From Prasinococcaceae sp. CCMP 1430 (lineage: Eukaryota > Plantae > Prasinodermophyta): DNA of 56,544 bases. Under the pieces are notes generated by a model. The model worked only from the letters and a program-made list of their open reading frames with translations. It ran no database searches and was not told the DNA's origin. A program made the position numbers and the translations under genes. Of the stretch, positions 56,096-56,544 are shown piece after piece. How positions within the stretch are numbered: the stretch's first letter is position 1; each line of letters starts with the position of its first letter. The stretch lies in assembly GCA_013416795.1 (NCBI GenBank), contig RQSC01000034.1, positions 58,870 to 115,413 on the forward strand. Direction: 5' to 3'.

Positions 56096-56544
56096 TCAGA
56101 GGAGCGACAGGTCGCCGGTGACCGAGTTGACCAGCTCCACCTCCCCCAGGATCGCGAGCACCGTGCGGCTGTTCGGCGCGATCTGCGTGCGGCCCGCGTC
56201 GACGACGACGTGCGTCAGCAGGCCGATCGCGCGCGCGGCGCGCTTGAGCTCCTTGAGCTCGTCCTCCCCGGCGACCTTGAGCGCGACCTTGGCCTGGCCG
56301 CGCTCCTCCCACCTGTCCACCAGCGGCGCGTCGTTCTCCACGGCCTTCTTGTACATGCCGAGCGTCGCGTGCCCGCACTGCGCCGCGATCTTGCCCTTCT
56401 GCATCTTGAGGTCGGTGCGCACGCACAGCACCATCTTCACGTCCGAGCCCGCCTTGCCGTTGCTGCGCGCGCGCACGGCCGCGTCGCCCGCCTCCGCCTT
56501 GGCGGCGGCGCGGCGCGACGCGCGGGACTGCTTCTCCCAGCGCA
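56096..56544 (-). CDS. PTH2: Peptidyl-tRNA hydrolase 2 (5' end beyond the window)
   Basis: KMVLCVRTDLKMQKGKIAAQCGHA, GQAKVALK, DAGRTQI, VTGDLSLL. Confidence 0.95.
   Translation of the reverse strand, partial: RWEKQSRASRRAAAKAEAGDAAVRARSNGKAGSDVKMVLCVRTDLKMQKGKIAAQCGHATLGMYKKAVENDAPLVDRWEERGQAKVALKVAGEDELKELKRAARAIGLLTHVVVDAGRTQIAPNSRTVLAILGEVELVNSVTGDLSLL

Overview
GC-rich, gene-dense eukaryotic nuclear DNA, inferred to come from a green alga of prasinophyte/Prasinoderma-like type. The supporting signs are a plant-type LSU rRNA, (TTTAGGG)n repeats, plastid-type G6PD/FtsH/PDS genes, TGTAA poly(A)-type signals, and short GT-AG introns, most with a GCTGAC branch point. It is a draft scaffold with several N gaps and single-n joins, so some genes are truncated or possibly mis-joined. 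The window opens with the 3' part of an LSU rRNA gene containing a 55-bp tandem duplication, followed by spacer. About 25 protein-coding genes or fragments follow: a myristoylated MLKL-like four-helix-bundle + GAF + thioredoxin fusion, TruA/PUS1, DsbA/FrnE, cornichon, plastid G6PD, PIG-H, a coiled-coil protein, a PMIR-like NT-C2/LysM protein, ChaC, an Spt7-like bromodomain protein, a GCP4 3' exon, a NALCN/Cch1-like four-domain channel, PDS, an RPN7 fragment, an ANKRD39-like protein, an FHA-RING E3, an aspartic protease, FtsH, a 2OG-oxygenase-like protein, a GNAT-like protein, a Cys-rich cupredoxin-like secreted protein, a truncated homocysteine S-methyltransferase behind a telomere-type array, and PTH2. 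The best candidate for an undescribed system is the 4HB-GAF-Trx fusion at 2558-5379. All family assignments come from motif recognition by eye; no searches were run.
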